Positions 25,887 to 33,271 of a stretch of DNA of 33,271 nt are shown piece by piece (position 1 is the stretch's first letter; every line of letters begins with the position of its first letter). The notes under the pieces are model-generated. The model ran no database searches, had not been told where the DNA came from, and saw only the letters and a list, made by a program, of their open reading frames with translations. Both the position numbers and the translations under genes were made by a program. This DNA is from Patescibacteria group bacterium (lineage in GTDB: Bacteria; Patescibacteriota; Patescibacteriia; UBA9934; GWF2-40-263), in NCBI GenBank assembly GCA_004298405.1, contig SCSL01000037.1, forward strand, positions 1 through 33,271, read 5' to 3'.

Positions 25887-25918
25887 CCCCTCCTTTTTAA
25901 GGAGGGGCTAGGGGTGGT
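25887..25918. repeat. Palindromic element just upstream of ruvB
   Basis: CCCCTCCTT-TTT-AAGGAGGGG-CTAGGGGTGGT. Confidence 0.65.
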
Positions 25919-25956
25919 TACGAGTCCATTATGCCTGCGACCGAGTTCGTGAGCAA

Positions 25957-25990
25957 ATAAAAACACTCTTGATCCCAAGAGCGTTTTTAT
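25957..25990 (-). terminator. Terminator after tRNA-Leu
   Basis: ATAAAAACACTCTTG/CAAGAGCGTTTTTAT; the single mismatch is G-U on the minus strand. Confidence 0.75.
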
Positions 25991-26076
25991 TGGTGGGCCG
26001 GGAGGGGATCGAACCCTCATGAGGTTTCCCTCACGACATTTTAAGTGTCGAGCGTATACCATTCCGCCACCGGCCC
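25991..26076 (-). tRNA. tRNA-Leu(TAA)
   Basis: Acceptor GGGCCGG/CCGGCCC, anticodon arm CGACA-CTTAAAA-TGTCG, variable arm, GTTCGATCC, ACCA. Confidence 0.95.
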
Positions 26077-26082
26077 ATTTGT

Positions 26083-26556
26083 TTATCCTCTTCGTTTGTT
26101 TCTGCCACGATGCGTTGGTTTTAAGCTATGGCAGTTTGGGCAGAGAATTCGTAAATTCACCAACCGGTTGTCATGCTTATCTCCATTGACGTGGTCTAGT
26201 TCCAATGGGATTCTCCCATCTTCTGATTTTTTTGCCCAGCCGCATTCTTCACACCTCACTTTTTTTAGACCTACTCGAAAAAGTCTTTTTTTGAGCTTGA
26301 AACTTTGATAGAGGCTTCCTTTGACCAAAACATCATCAAGCGACTGGACATACCTATTTGGATGTCTAAGTCCTCGAGACCAAGCCCTTCCTTTAAAGTG
26401 ACTAATATCAATCTTGAGTTCAGCAAGGTAACGTTTTATCTGATCGTAGTTTCCTCCTGCTGGAACCAAGCCAAGCTTTTCAATCACTTGTCTAAAACTG
26501 ATTGATTCCTTTGCAGCCTTTATTAGTGCGGGATTTGTCCACTTCTTTTTTCTCAT
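26083..26556 (-). CDS. HNH endonuclease (free-standing, homing-like)
   Basis: CEECG...LELDHVNGDKHDNRLVNLRILCPNCH; basic helical N-domain; visibly more AT-rich than its neighbours. Confidence 0.9.
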   Translation of the reverse strand: MRKKKWTNPALIKAAKESISFRQVIEKLGLVPAGGNYDQIKRYLAELKIDISHFKGRAWSRGLRHPNRYVQSLDDVLVKGSLYQSFKLKKRLFRVGLKKVRCEECGWAKKSEDGRIPLELDHVNGDKHDNRLVNLRILCPNCHSLKPTHRGRNKRRG

Positions 26557-26592
26557 ATGGTACAGGCAATTGTATCATATAAATTAGGTTCC

Positions 26593-26614
26593 TATACCAT
26601 TCCGCCACTCGCCC
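26593..26614 (-). pseudogene. 5' stub of a tRNA-Leu-like gene
   Basis: GGGCGAGTGGCGGAATGGTATA, 20/22 identical to the first 22 nt of the tRNA-Leu (26076-26055). Confidence 0.8.
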
Positions 26615-26644
26615 ACACGGGAAAAGGGTAGCAAAGAAGCGGCT

Positions 26645-27394
26645 TTACGCCAAGGTTCGGTGATGGGCTCGTTTCTGTTTTAGTCGTTTTTTGTCTGTAG
26701 GAGAGAGTTTCTCCGTCGCATACGAAAAGGTAATCGCCGGGAGCTCGAGGACATGAGATTCGAGGAACGTGAGGGTTTCGCGCGGCCAGAGTTTGTGCGC
26801 TTCACGCAATTGCCAGCCCACGCCTTTTTGGACATAGAGATCTTTGTCCTGGAGGAGCGGCTCGATGAGAGACAAGACGACTCTGCGTGAAGGAGGACTG
26901 CGTCGAGGACTTGCGTAGTAGATGGTCGAGACGACCGAAGCGCGACGCTTCCATGGGTTCGTTGAGCGATTCCATTGTTGAAGTATTGGTTCAATCAGCG
27001 TTCCGTGTTGTTCATAGAGAATCGACACCAACTGGCAGAGTTGGTCGGCATGCGCCCAGTTTTCGATGCGCTCCATCCATCCTCTGAAGATACGGAAATG
27101 TTTTTGGGTGAGCGTCGACGACTTCCATCGGTAGTAGATGAGCGGCAGGCTCATGACGTCATGGAGCTTTGTGTGGTTCCAGATCTGATTCCAAATTTCG
27201 AGAATCTCCTTATCTGTTTTGTCGTAGAAAGAAAATCCATCACGGACGAGCCGGTTGAGGTCAGGCATCCGCACGGCAAGAAACTTCAGATTCGTTCTGG
27301 TGATCGGCTGGAAGGACGCTTTGTAGGGCGCGTCGACCGGAAGTTTACGGACGCGCGCTTCGACCTCATGGAGGGGGTTTGCTTGACGAGGCAT
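26645..27394 (-). CDS. DNA alkylation repair protein (AlkD-like)
   Basis: FLAVRMPDL, IENWAHADQL, WNRSTNPWKRR, DKDLYVQKGVGWQLRE, YATEK. Confidence 0.85.
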   Translation of the reverse strand: MPRQANPLHEVEARVRKLPVDAPYKASFQPITRTNLKFLAVRMPDLNRLVRDGFSFYDKTDKEILEIWNQIWNHTKLHDVMSLPLIYYRWKSSTLTQKHFRIFRGWMERIENWAHADQLCQLVSILYEQHGTLIEPILQQWNRSTNPWKRRASVVSTIYYASPRRSPPSRRVVLSLIEPLLQDKDLYVQKGVGWQLREAHKLWPRETLTFLESHVLELPAITFSYATEKLSPTDKKRLKQKRAHHRTLA

Positions 27395-27419
27395 ATCGAT
27401 ATGCAAAAATGGGATCACT

Positions 27420-28250
27420 ATGTTATTTGAGACAGCCAAAGACGTTCTAGATTGGTACCAGAAAGGGGATCGCGTGATCACCAAGTCTTTTATCGATGGA
27501 GTTCCATGGGGAGAGATCAAGAGGCATCCCATCGACGAGAAATTTTTTCCGGTTCTTTTGTACATGCGTGATATCGAGACGATGACGACGCGGTATTTTG
27601 ATGAACTCATGAAGAGTGCGACAGGGAAGGAGCTGGTCATTCGTCAGTTCATGGAGCAGTGGGCGACAGAGGAACCAGTGCATGGCCAACTGCTCAGTCG
27701 ATTCTTGGAAGAGGCCGGTTGTCCTCAAGAAAAAGACTGGAAGCAAAAAGGGTTTGACGGACTCACACTCTCGTACCGATTACGGAGCAAGATTCAAGAA
27801 TGGATCACGCTTCCGTTTGGGAAGAACTTTACGAGCGTGCACATGAGCTGGGGCGCCATTCACGAGTACTCAACACTCACAGGATACAGACGGTTATGGG
27901 AGCTGGCGAAACACCCGATCCTTGAGTACATCCTCAAAGCCATTGCTCGAGAGGAGGCCAAGCACGCGATGTTTTACTGGAGTGTGGCTCACATCCAGTT
28001 AAAAGACTCACCATTTCGTCAACAACTTGCGCGATATCTCATCGAGAAGTTTTGGAAGCCCGTTGGGGAAGGAGTGAAGACCCAAGCCGAGAGTAATGTC
28101 GTTATCCGTACCCTGTTTTCTGGAAAGGATGGGGTCGAGCAGATTCGTACCTACGTGAATAATCGTATAGCTCAACTTCCAGGATTCGAGACGTTTACCC
28201 ATGTAACTGAGCGTATCGGGCGGACGTCCCTGAACCACTCAATGATTTAG
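27420..28250 (+). CDS. Ferritin-like diiron protein (acyl-ACP desaturase-like)
   Basis: DIE...WATEEPVH...IHEYSTLTGY...IAREEAKH: two E...ExxH sets. Confidence 0.75.
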   Translation: MLFETAKDVLDWYQKGDRVITKSFIDGVPWGEIKRHPIDEKFFPVLLYMRDIETMTTRYFDELMKSATGKELVIRQFMEQWATEEPVHGQLLSRFLEEAGCPQEKDWKQKGFDGLTLSYRLRSKIQEWITLPFGKNFTSVHMSWGAIHEYSTLTGYRRLWELAKHPILEYILKAIAREEAKHAMFYWSVAHIQLKDSPFRQQLARYLIEKFWKPVGEGVKTQAESNVVIRTLFSGKDGVEQIRTYVNNRIAQLPGFETFTHVTERIGRTSLNHSMI

Positions 28251-29979
28251 TCACTTTTTTTAAAGCCGCCAAGAAACCCTTGAGCGGTTTTGTGTTGAGG
28301 ACATCCGCTTTAGTCGCCCATCCCCGCCGCGCTTGGGCAATGCCGTACTCGAGATTCTGGAAATGCGAGGGGTCGTGGGCGTCCGAGTTGATAACGAGTC
28401 TTACTCCTGCCTTGATTGCTTGGCGCACATGAGTTTCGTGAAGATCGAGTCTTGCTGAGCCATTCACTTCCAATGCCACATGGTACTCATGGCAGGCGCG
28501 GATCACGCGATCCATGTCCAGTTCATAGCCTTTGCGTTTTGCAACGATGCGGCCGGTTGGATGGAAGAAGATGTTCACGAGGGGGTGCTTGAGTGCCCGG
28601 ATGATGCGCTCGGTCATGTCTTCTTTGTTCATGGTTGTGTTGGAGTGAACCGAAATGGACACGATGTCGAGGGTTTTGAGGATTGTGTCGGAGAGATCCA
28701 GGCGTCCATCTTTGAGCACATCACACTCGGTGGACTTGAGGATGGTGAAGCCTCGGAGGTTTTTGTTCAGTCGGTCGATTTCGTGGCCTTGTTGACGCAG
28801 ACGTTTTTCGTCCAGCCCATGAGCGATGGTCAGTCCTTTTGTGTGATCCGTCACAGCCATGTACGAGAGGCCGCATTCGCGAGCGGCGTGTGCCATTTCT
28901 TCGATCGAACCGTTCCCATCAGACCAGTCTGTTTGCACCTGAAGATCACCTTTGAGGGAGCCGTAGGGGATAAGCGTCGGGATTTTTTTGTGGGCGGCGA
29001 CTTCGATCTCGTCGCCACCAACTCGAATTTCTGGCGGGATGAATTGGAGACCGAGGTGCTTGTAGACTTGTTCCTCCGTGCGGCTGGTCACTCGAGTTTT
29101 CCCTTTAAAGAGTCCGTGCTCAGAGAGCTTCATCCCTTTGCGCTTGGCTCGTTCTCGCAAAAGGATGTTGTGCTCACGTGATCCAGTGAAATGCACAAGG
29201 GCGGCGCCATACTCGTCGGGTTTCAAGATGAGCAGATCGCCTTGGAGGCCGTTCACGTAGCGCACCATCAATTTGTTTGGACCTTCCTCTAGCACTTCAT
29301 CGATTTTGCGCAGGGCTTTGAACACTCGCACAAGTTCTGTTGGTTTTGAGGTTGTTGCAAGTAGGTCGATGTCACCGATTGTTTCCTTACAACGACGAAG
29401 CGAACCAGCGATGTCGATGTGGGTGATACCAGAAGTTGTCTTGAGTTTGTCGATAAGACCACGCGCATATGGGAGGACATCATGGATAATGCGTCGTCCC
29501 TCGTCGTCCTTGAGGTAGGCAATCCCGCGCAGGATTTTGTCCTGACTTTTTTTGCCCATGCCGGGGATCGAGGCAATCTTGTTTTGTTTGGCTGCTCGTT
29601 CGACATCCGCAATCGTCTTGGTCTTGAGCGCACGATACAGTTTGAAAACCGTTTTGGGACCGACATCTTGAATACGTGAGATGCCGAGCATGTCGAAGGG
29701 GTACTTCTTTTTGAGTTTGTCGTAGACGTCGAGTTTACCGGTCGCGAGGAGTTCTTCGATCTTGGCTGAGAGGTCTCTACCGACGCCTGGAATGTCGTCG
29801 ATGCACTTCACCCCACACTGCTTGTAGAGGTCGGCAAGCTCACCACGGATGCCAGCGATTCCTTCCGCAGCGACCTCGTAGGCTTGTGGCTTAAAGGCAA
29901 CATCTTGTGCTCGAAGATAGAGCGCGATTTCGCGAAAAATGTTGATGACGTCACGATTCGTTACTTTTTTTCGTGGCAT
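28195..29979 (-). CDS. polX: DNA polymerase X with C-terminal PHP domain
   Basis: HhH motifs, AGSLRR, GDIDLL, HFTGSREHN, IPPEIR, TDH, HPTGR, NSDAH. Confidence 0.93.
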   Translation of the reverse strand: MPRKKVTNRDVINIFREIALYLRAQDVAFKPQAYEVAAEGIAGIRGELADLYKQCGVKCIDDIPGVGRDLSAKIEELLATGKLDVYDKLKKKYPFDMLGISRIQDVGPKTVFKLYRALKTKTIADVERAAKQNKIASIPGMGKKSQDKILRGIAYLKDDEGRRIIHDVLPYARGLIDKLKTTSGITHIDIAGSLRRCKETIGDIDLLATTSKPTELVRVFKALRKIDEVLEEGPNKLMVRYVNGLQGDLLILKPDEYGAALVHFTGSREHNILLRERAKRKGMKLSEHGLFKGKTRVTSRTEEQVYKHLGLQFIPPEIRVGGDEIEVAAHKKIPTLIPYGSLKGDLQVQTDWSDGNGSIEEMAHAARECGLSYMAVTDHTKGLTIAHGLDEKRLRQQGHEIDRLNKNLRGFTILKSTECDVLKDGRLDLSDTILKTLDIVSISVHSNTTMNKEDMTERIIRALKHPLVNIFFHPTGRIVAKRKGYELDMDRVIRACHEYHVALEVNGSARLDLHETHVRQAIKAGVRLVINSDAHDPSHFQNLEYGIAQARRGWATKADVLNTKPLKGFLAALKKVTKSLSGSGTSARYAQLHG

Positions 29980-30055
29980 AGCATCTTTAGTATAGCAGTC
30001 GCGTGGTCTTGCCACGAGCGGGATCGGGTGCTAAACTTTTGTTCGAAATTCAACT

Positions 30056-30130
30056 GCGGGTATAGCTCAGTGGTAGAGCGTCTCCTTGCCAAGGAGAAGG
30101 TCGCGGGTTCGAACCCCGTTGCCCGCTCCA
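30056..30130 (+). tRNA. tRNA-Gly(GCC)
   Basis: Acceptor GCGGGTA/TGCCCGC, anticodon arm TCTCC-TTGCCAA-GGAGA, GTTCGAAC, TCCA. Confidence 0.95.
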
Positions 30131-30164
30131 ACAAAAAGATCTGACATGTTCAGGTCTTTTTGTT
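30130..30164. terminator. Bidirectional-looking terminator
   Basis: AACAAAAAGATCTGA-CATGT-TCAGGTCTTTTTGTT. Confidence 0.75.
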
Positions 30165-30203
30165 TGTGTTGAGCGGTGAAACGAGTCTCGAATACATGAC
30201 CTT

Positions 30204-31292
30204 CTAACCTGCTTGGAGCTGTCGAACTTTTTCAGTGCCCACAGAGTGCCCAAACATTGCATTTGGAGTGTCCAAAACGGCAACAGCATCGTGCAATGTA
30301 TGAGGGGCAAGGTGAGCGTATCGTTCGGTCATGACAATGCTTGAGTGACCAAGGAGTTGCTGGACGTGACGCATAGGAACATTCTTCATCACGAGTTGTG
30401 AGGCAAACGTGTGGCGCAAGCCGTGCCAACCGATCTTCTCGATTCCTGTTCGACTACACAGGCGCCACAAGCCGCCCTCTGCCTGCTTGGGAGTTACTGG
30501 CTTCCCGTCTTCTTGATGGAACACGAGACCTCTGGGTTCTCTCATCTGGAACAGGAGATCATCCAGGGAAGGGCTCATGGGGATCGACCGACTCTTGTGA
30601 CTCTTGGGAGATGTCACCTCGCCACGGACAATCGCACGCCGGACATGGACGAGGTGTTCTGCGAAGTCCACGTCCTCCCATTGAAGGCCTAATAATTCTC
30701 CCAAGCGCATACCAGTGAAGAGTCCCACAACAACCATGCTGCGCCAGTAGAGCTCTGTGAAGTCACCACAGAGCTTGTGGCATTCATCCTGTGACAGGAA
30801 ACGAATCTTGGAAGGAGGGACTCTGAGACATTTGATAACAGGGATGGTCTCAAGCTCTCCCCATTCAATCGCACTGTGCATGAGCTTCTTGAGAACCGTG
30901 AGTTGATTGTTGATCGTCTTTGGATGTGCACCTGTAGCCTGGTGCGAGCGTTTGTACTGTTCAATGCTGTGCGAGGTGATTTCGTCGAGGCTCATCGCTC
31001 CAAAGAAAGGAATCAGATGAAGACGCAGAATTGTCTCCTTGCTTTGTTGCTCTGAACACTTGTTGTTGGTCACGACGTACGTCTTGAACCATTCTTTGGA
31101 GAACTCCTTGAAGGTTCGTTTGGTCACCGCGGCTAGTTCGTCGATGGATTCTCCCGAGAGAAGCTTCTGTCTCAGGAGACGCTCAAACGCCTCTGCTCCA
31201 CGTCTGGAGTTTTCAGGGCTCTTGCGACGATACCGTTCACGCATGAAACGAAAGTCGGCATACCAAGCATCTCTAATTTTTCGTACCGCCAT
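30204..31292 (-). CDS. Tyrosine integrase
   Basis: N-terminal arm-binding-like WYADFRF, SAM-like domain, TGMRLGE, PKS, HGLRHTF, LGHSS, RYAH (R-K-H-R-H-Y intact). Confidence 0.95.
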   Translation of the reverse strand: MAVRKIRDAWYADFRFMRERYRRKSPENSRRGAEAFERLLRQKLLSGESIDELAAVTKRTFKEFSKEWFKTYVVTNNKCSEQQSKETILRLHLIPFFGAMSLDEITSHSIEQYKRSHQATGAHPKTINNQLTVLKKLMHSAIEWGELETIPVIKCLRVPPSKIRFLSQDECHKLCGDFTELYWRSMVVVGLFTGMRLGELLGLQWEDVDFAEHLVHVRRAIVRGEVTSPKSHKSRSIPMSPSLDDLLFQMREPRGLVFHQEDGKPVTPKQAEGGLWRLCSRTGIEKIGWHGLRHTFASQLVMKNVPMRHVQQLLGHSSIVMTERYAHLAPHTLHDAVAVLDTPNAMFGHSVGTEKVRQLQAG

Positions 31293-31506
31293 ACTCATGC
31301 TCATTTATGGCTTCGATGCGACAACTTTGGAGGTACTCGCAGATATCCGCTTGGTCGAACCGCAAACCGCTACGGGTCTTGTAAAACCGCACCAAACGTC
31401 TATCCACGAGCCTATAAACCGCACTCTGCGAGATCCCCAGCCATTCCATGACATCGGATACCCGCAAAAGCGGTTGAGGCCTCTGTTGTCCATGCGAAGC
31501 CGCCAT
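31273..31506 (-). CDS. Excisionase-like HTH protein
   Basis: LLRVSDVMEWLGISQSAVYRLV...VRFYK...LRFDQADICEYL; overlaps the integrase start. Confidence 0.85.
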   Translation of the reverse strand: MAASHGQQRPQPLLRVSDVMEWLGISQSAVYRLVDRRLVRFYKTRSGLRFDQADICEYLQSCRIEAINEHEYGGTKN

Positions 31507-31673
31507 ATTTAGTTGTGAATGAGCATCTGTCCGAGAACGGTCTTTCAACCGCATGGGCAATGCTCATTCTACGTGTTGTTGCTGTTTGAATCTACCGTTT
31601 AGGAATGAAGTTTCTAAAACAAGGTGAAGTTTCGGTTATGTTCAAAAATTTGTTTTCCCCATCATAGGAATTC

Positions 31674-32159
31674 CTAAAAAGGAAGATTTTTTATGTGCTC
31701 CACAATTTCATTCTGTTCTTTTAACTTTCTTTCTCTTTCGTTCCCTTCAACTTCACTAGCTTCAGTTAAGTTCGATTGAGACTGTAGAGACGCTGGGTTC
31801 CCAGGTTCTTTCCAAGAAGGAGGGGGTGGAAAATCGCTTGGTTTAGCAGAGCGAGTATCGAGCCTTTGATATTTGTTCCAGTTTGGATGTGAGATGTATT
31901 CACCATTTTCATTTGAGTAAAACTCGATCAAGCCAACTTCTGCGATCCGATCTCTCATCCTCGCAATCTTCACATGCCCGATCTTGTCGTCATAGAAGAG
32001 TTGACGGCGCAGATACTTAGCATCACCTCGTAATCGTCCCTCATAATCACCTAGAGTGATCATTCCGATATACAGCAAGCGTTCTAAGGGCTTCAGTTGG
32101 TTCAATTGATCGGAGACCCAAATCTTGGTATGGATCATCCGCTTGTTTGGCATGGACAT
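31674..32159 (-). CDS. Phage-type replication initiator-like N-terminal winged-helix protein
   Basis: KRMIHTKIW...RLLYIGMITLGDYEGRL...GLIEFY...PNWNKYQ pattern; short, no obvious C-terminal domain. Confidence 0.65.
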   Translation of the reverse strand: MSMPNKRMIHTKIWVSDQLNQLKPLERLLYIGMITLGDYEGRLRGDAKYLRRQLFYDDKIGHVKIARMRDRIAEVGLIEFYSNENGEYISHPNWNKYQRLDTRSAKPSDFPPPPSWKEPGNPASLQSQSNLTEASEVEGNERERKLKEQNEIVEHIKNLPF

Positions 32160-32220
32160 ATTCGACTGAGGTGATTGTCGTTGGAGTGACTACTTTAATT
32201 CAACAATGGATGCAATCGTC

Positions 32221-32466
32221 TCAGCACACATCATACAAACCTGACTTCAACCTCTTTATTGCCGAGATGAAACTTCTCGCTCCGACTTGAGGATCGTTTT
32301 CTAAGCGAAACCGTTTGACGATTTCTGATAGATCCCCTGAACTTGTAAGAATGAAAAAACATCGGCGGCTGCCTTCACGTCTAGAAATATCAACAAGCCT
32401 TACGCCGTGTGCGATGGCGAAGGCTGCGAGGTAAAAGTCTGATATCTCAATCCTTTCATTCTGCAT
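32221..32466 (-). CDS. DUF5659-like small protein
   Basis: SDFYLAAF...L...R...FF...FISAIKRLKS pattern, recalled from CPR island proteins. Confidence 0.6.
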   Translation of the reverse strand: MQNERIEISDFYLAAFAIAHGVRLVDISRREGSRRCFFILTSSGDLSEIVKRFRLENDPQVGARSFISAIKRLKSGLYDVC

Positions 32467-32534
32467 AATCAAAAATCTATGCCCATTAAGCATAGATCTG
32501 TTCGTCAGTCCGATACGATCGGATTGAGTCCGAT

Positions 32535-33155
32535 TTATGTGGAGAAGTACATTGAGCTCAATTCCCAAGCCTTTTGCTTCGAGTGGAACTTGAACAACTC
32601 CCCTCGCTCAAACTTCGAAGTGTCCTCAATGGCATAAAAGGCTCTTCTAACCTGCGCTGGATTCCAGTTGAAACGTCGTATAACCTCGTCCAAAGAAATT
32701 ACCTTCTGTGATCGTTTTGACCAGATATATTCCATGAGCTGCCTAGGGTGCTTACCTATCGTGAGTGTCGCTCTGTTTGTACCATCAATATCAATGACAC
32801 CATTTCCCTCATCCCAAAAAATTCCTGTTTCAGACTGTCTGGGTTTGTATGAATCATCATTCTTCGCTCGACCGTACTCCTCGTCAATCTGCAAAGAGTA
32901 GTGCATCAACTTTGCGTTGTTTGGAATCGAAAACTCATATTGCCCACTCTTCTTGATTGGTCGTCTCTCAAAAACGATAAGACCATCCGCATCAAGTCGT
33001 TCCATAGCGCGTCTCTGGCGGTCTTTATCGAACCCTGACATTTTGATCGAGGTCTTCAAAGGTAGTTTGAAGTCATGCGTGTATGACTTCATGCGTGAGA
33101 GCACGGAATGCATCTCAATCACATCCTGCCTCTCATGCGGTATTTTCATTCTCAT
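32535..33155 (-). CDS. Hypothetical protein, possible winged-helix regulator
   Basis: AMERLDADGLI and QLMEYIWSKRSQKVISLDEV resemble wHTH elements. Start uncertain (ATG 33155 or TTG 33206). Confidence 0.55.
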   Translation of the reverse strand: MRMKIPHERQDVIEMHSVLSRMKSYTHDFKLPLKTSIKMSGFDKDRQRRAMERLDADGLIVFERRPIKKSGQYEFSIPNNAKLMHYSLQIDEEYGRAKNDDSYKPRQSETGIFWDEGNGVIDIDGTNRATLTIGKHPRQLMEYIWSKRSQKVISLDEVIRRFNWNPAQVRRAFYAIEDTSKFERGELFKFHSKQKAWELSSMYFST

Positions 33156-33271
33156 ACCATCCCCAATTAACCTATACACATTGTTCAACAATCCATTGGT
33201 AGCCAACGAGCCTCTGTAATGCGTCAGAATCGTTGATGAGCTCTTGGATGGTACGTTCTATCACCTCGTTT

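Larger units (their letters stand above)
30169..33271 (-). mobile_element. Left end of an integrative element (genomic island, satellite or prophage remnant) beside tRNA-Gly
   Basis: Tyrosine integrase, excisionase, replication-like and DUF5659-like genes co-oriented next to a tRNA; more AT-rich than the core. Other end is outside the window. Confidence 0.8.

Noticed and set aside
26077-26592. Group I intron with HNH splitting tRNA-Leu
   Set aside because: The downstream tRNA is already complete, the break is in the D arm rather than the anticodon loop, and there is too little non-coding sequence for a ribozyme core.
31305-31493. 62-aa ORF as the excisionase
   Set aside because: The overlapping frame 31273-31506 carries the HTH pattern; this one does not.

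Overview
Bacterial chromosomal window that looks like a Patescibacteria (CPR) genome. This is an inference from the tandem TrbC/VirB2-like pilins, orphan solute-binding lipoprotein, half-size MFS and MgtE, and a DUF5659-like gene. Left to right: an N-terminally truncated glmS, a 3D-domain cell-wall enzyme, tRNA-Cys, an iron/Fe-S module (VIT1, YHS/TRASH, IscS, IscU-BFD, ferredoxin, FAD reductase) and three GC-rich membrane/secreted ORFans. Next come five pilin-like genes with an SBP and galU, MgtE plus a 27-aa peptide, tRNA-Ser, an O-antigen-ligase-like gene and a flippase. Then SpoIID and S11 peptidase, ruvB, tRNA-Leu with an HNH nuclease, AlkD-like, a ferritin-like diiron protein, PolX-PHP, tRNA-Gly and the end of an integrative element (int, xis, rep-like, DUF5659-like). 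Most notable observations: (1) an 18-bp REP-like family in 7 heterodimeric doublets, two of which are translated in frame inside the ligase gene along with three other repeat types; (2) an HNH gene between a 5' tRNA-Leu stub and a complete tRNA-Leu with a different acceptor stem, a possible tRNA-swapping homing cassette; (3) an inverted tRNA-Gly-like 3' fragment next to the integrase; (4) a recurring -10 box exactly 9 nt before ATG, suggesting near-leaderless mRNAs. All calls are by eye; no searches were run.
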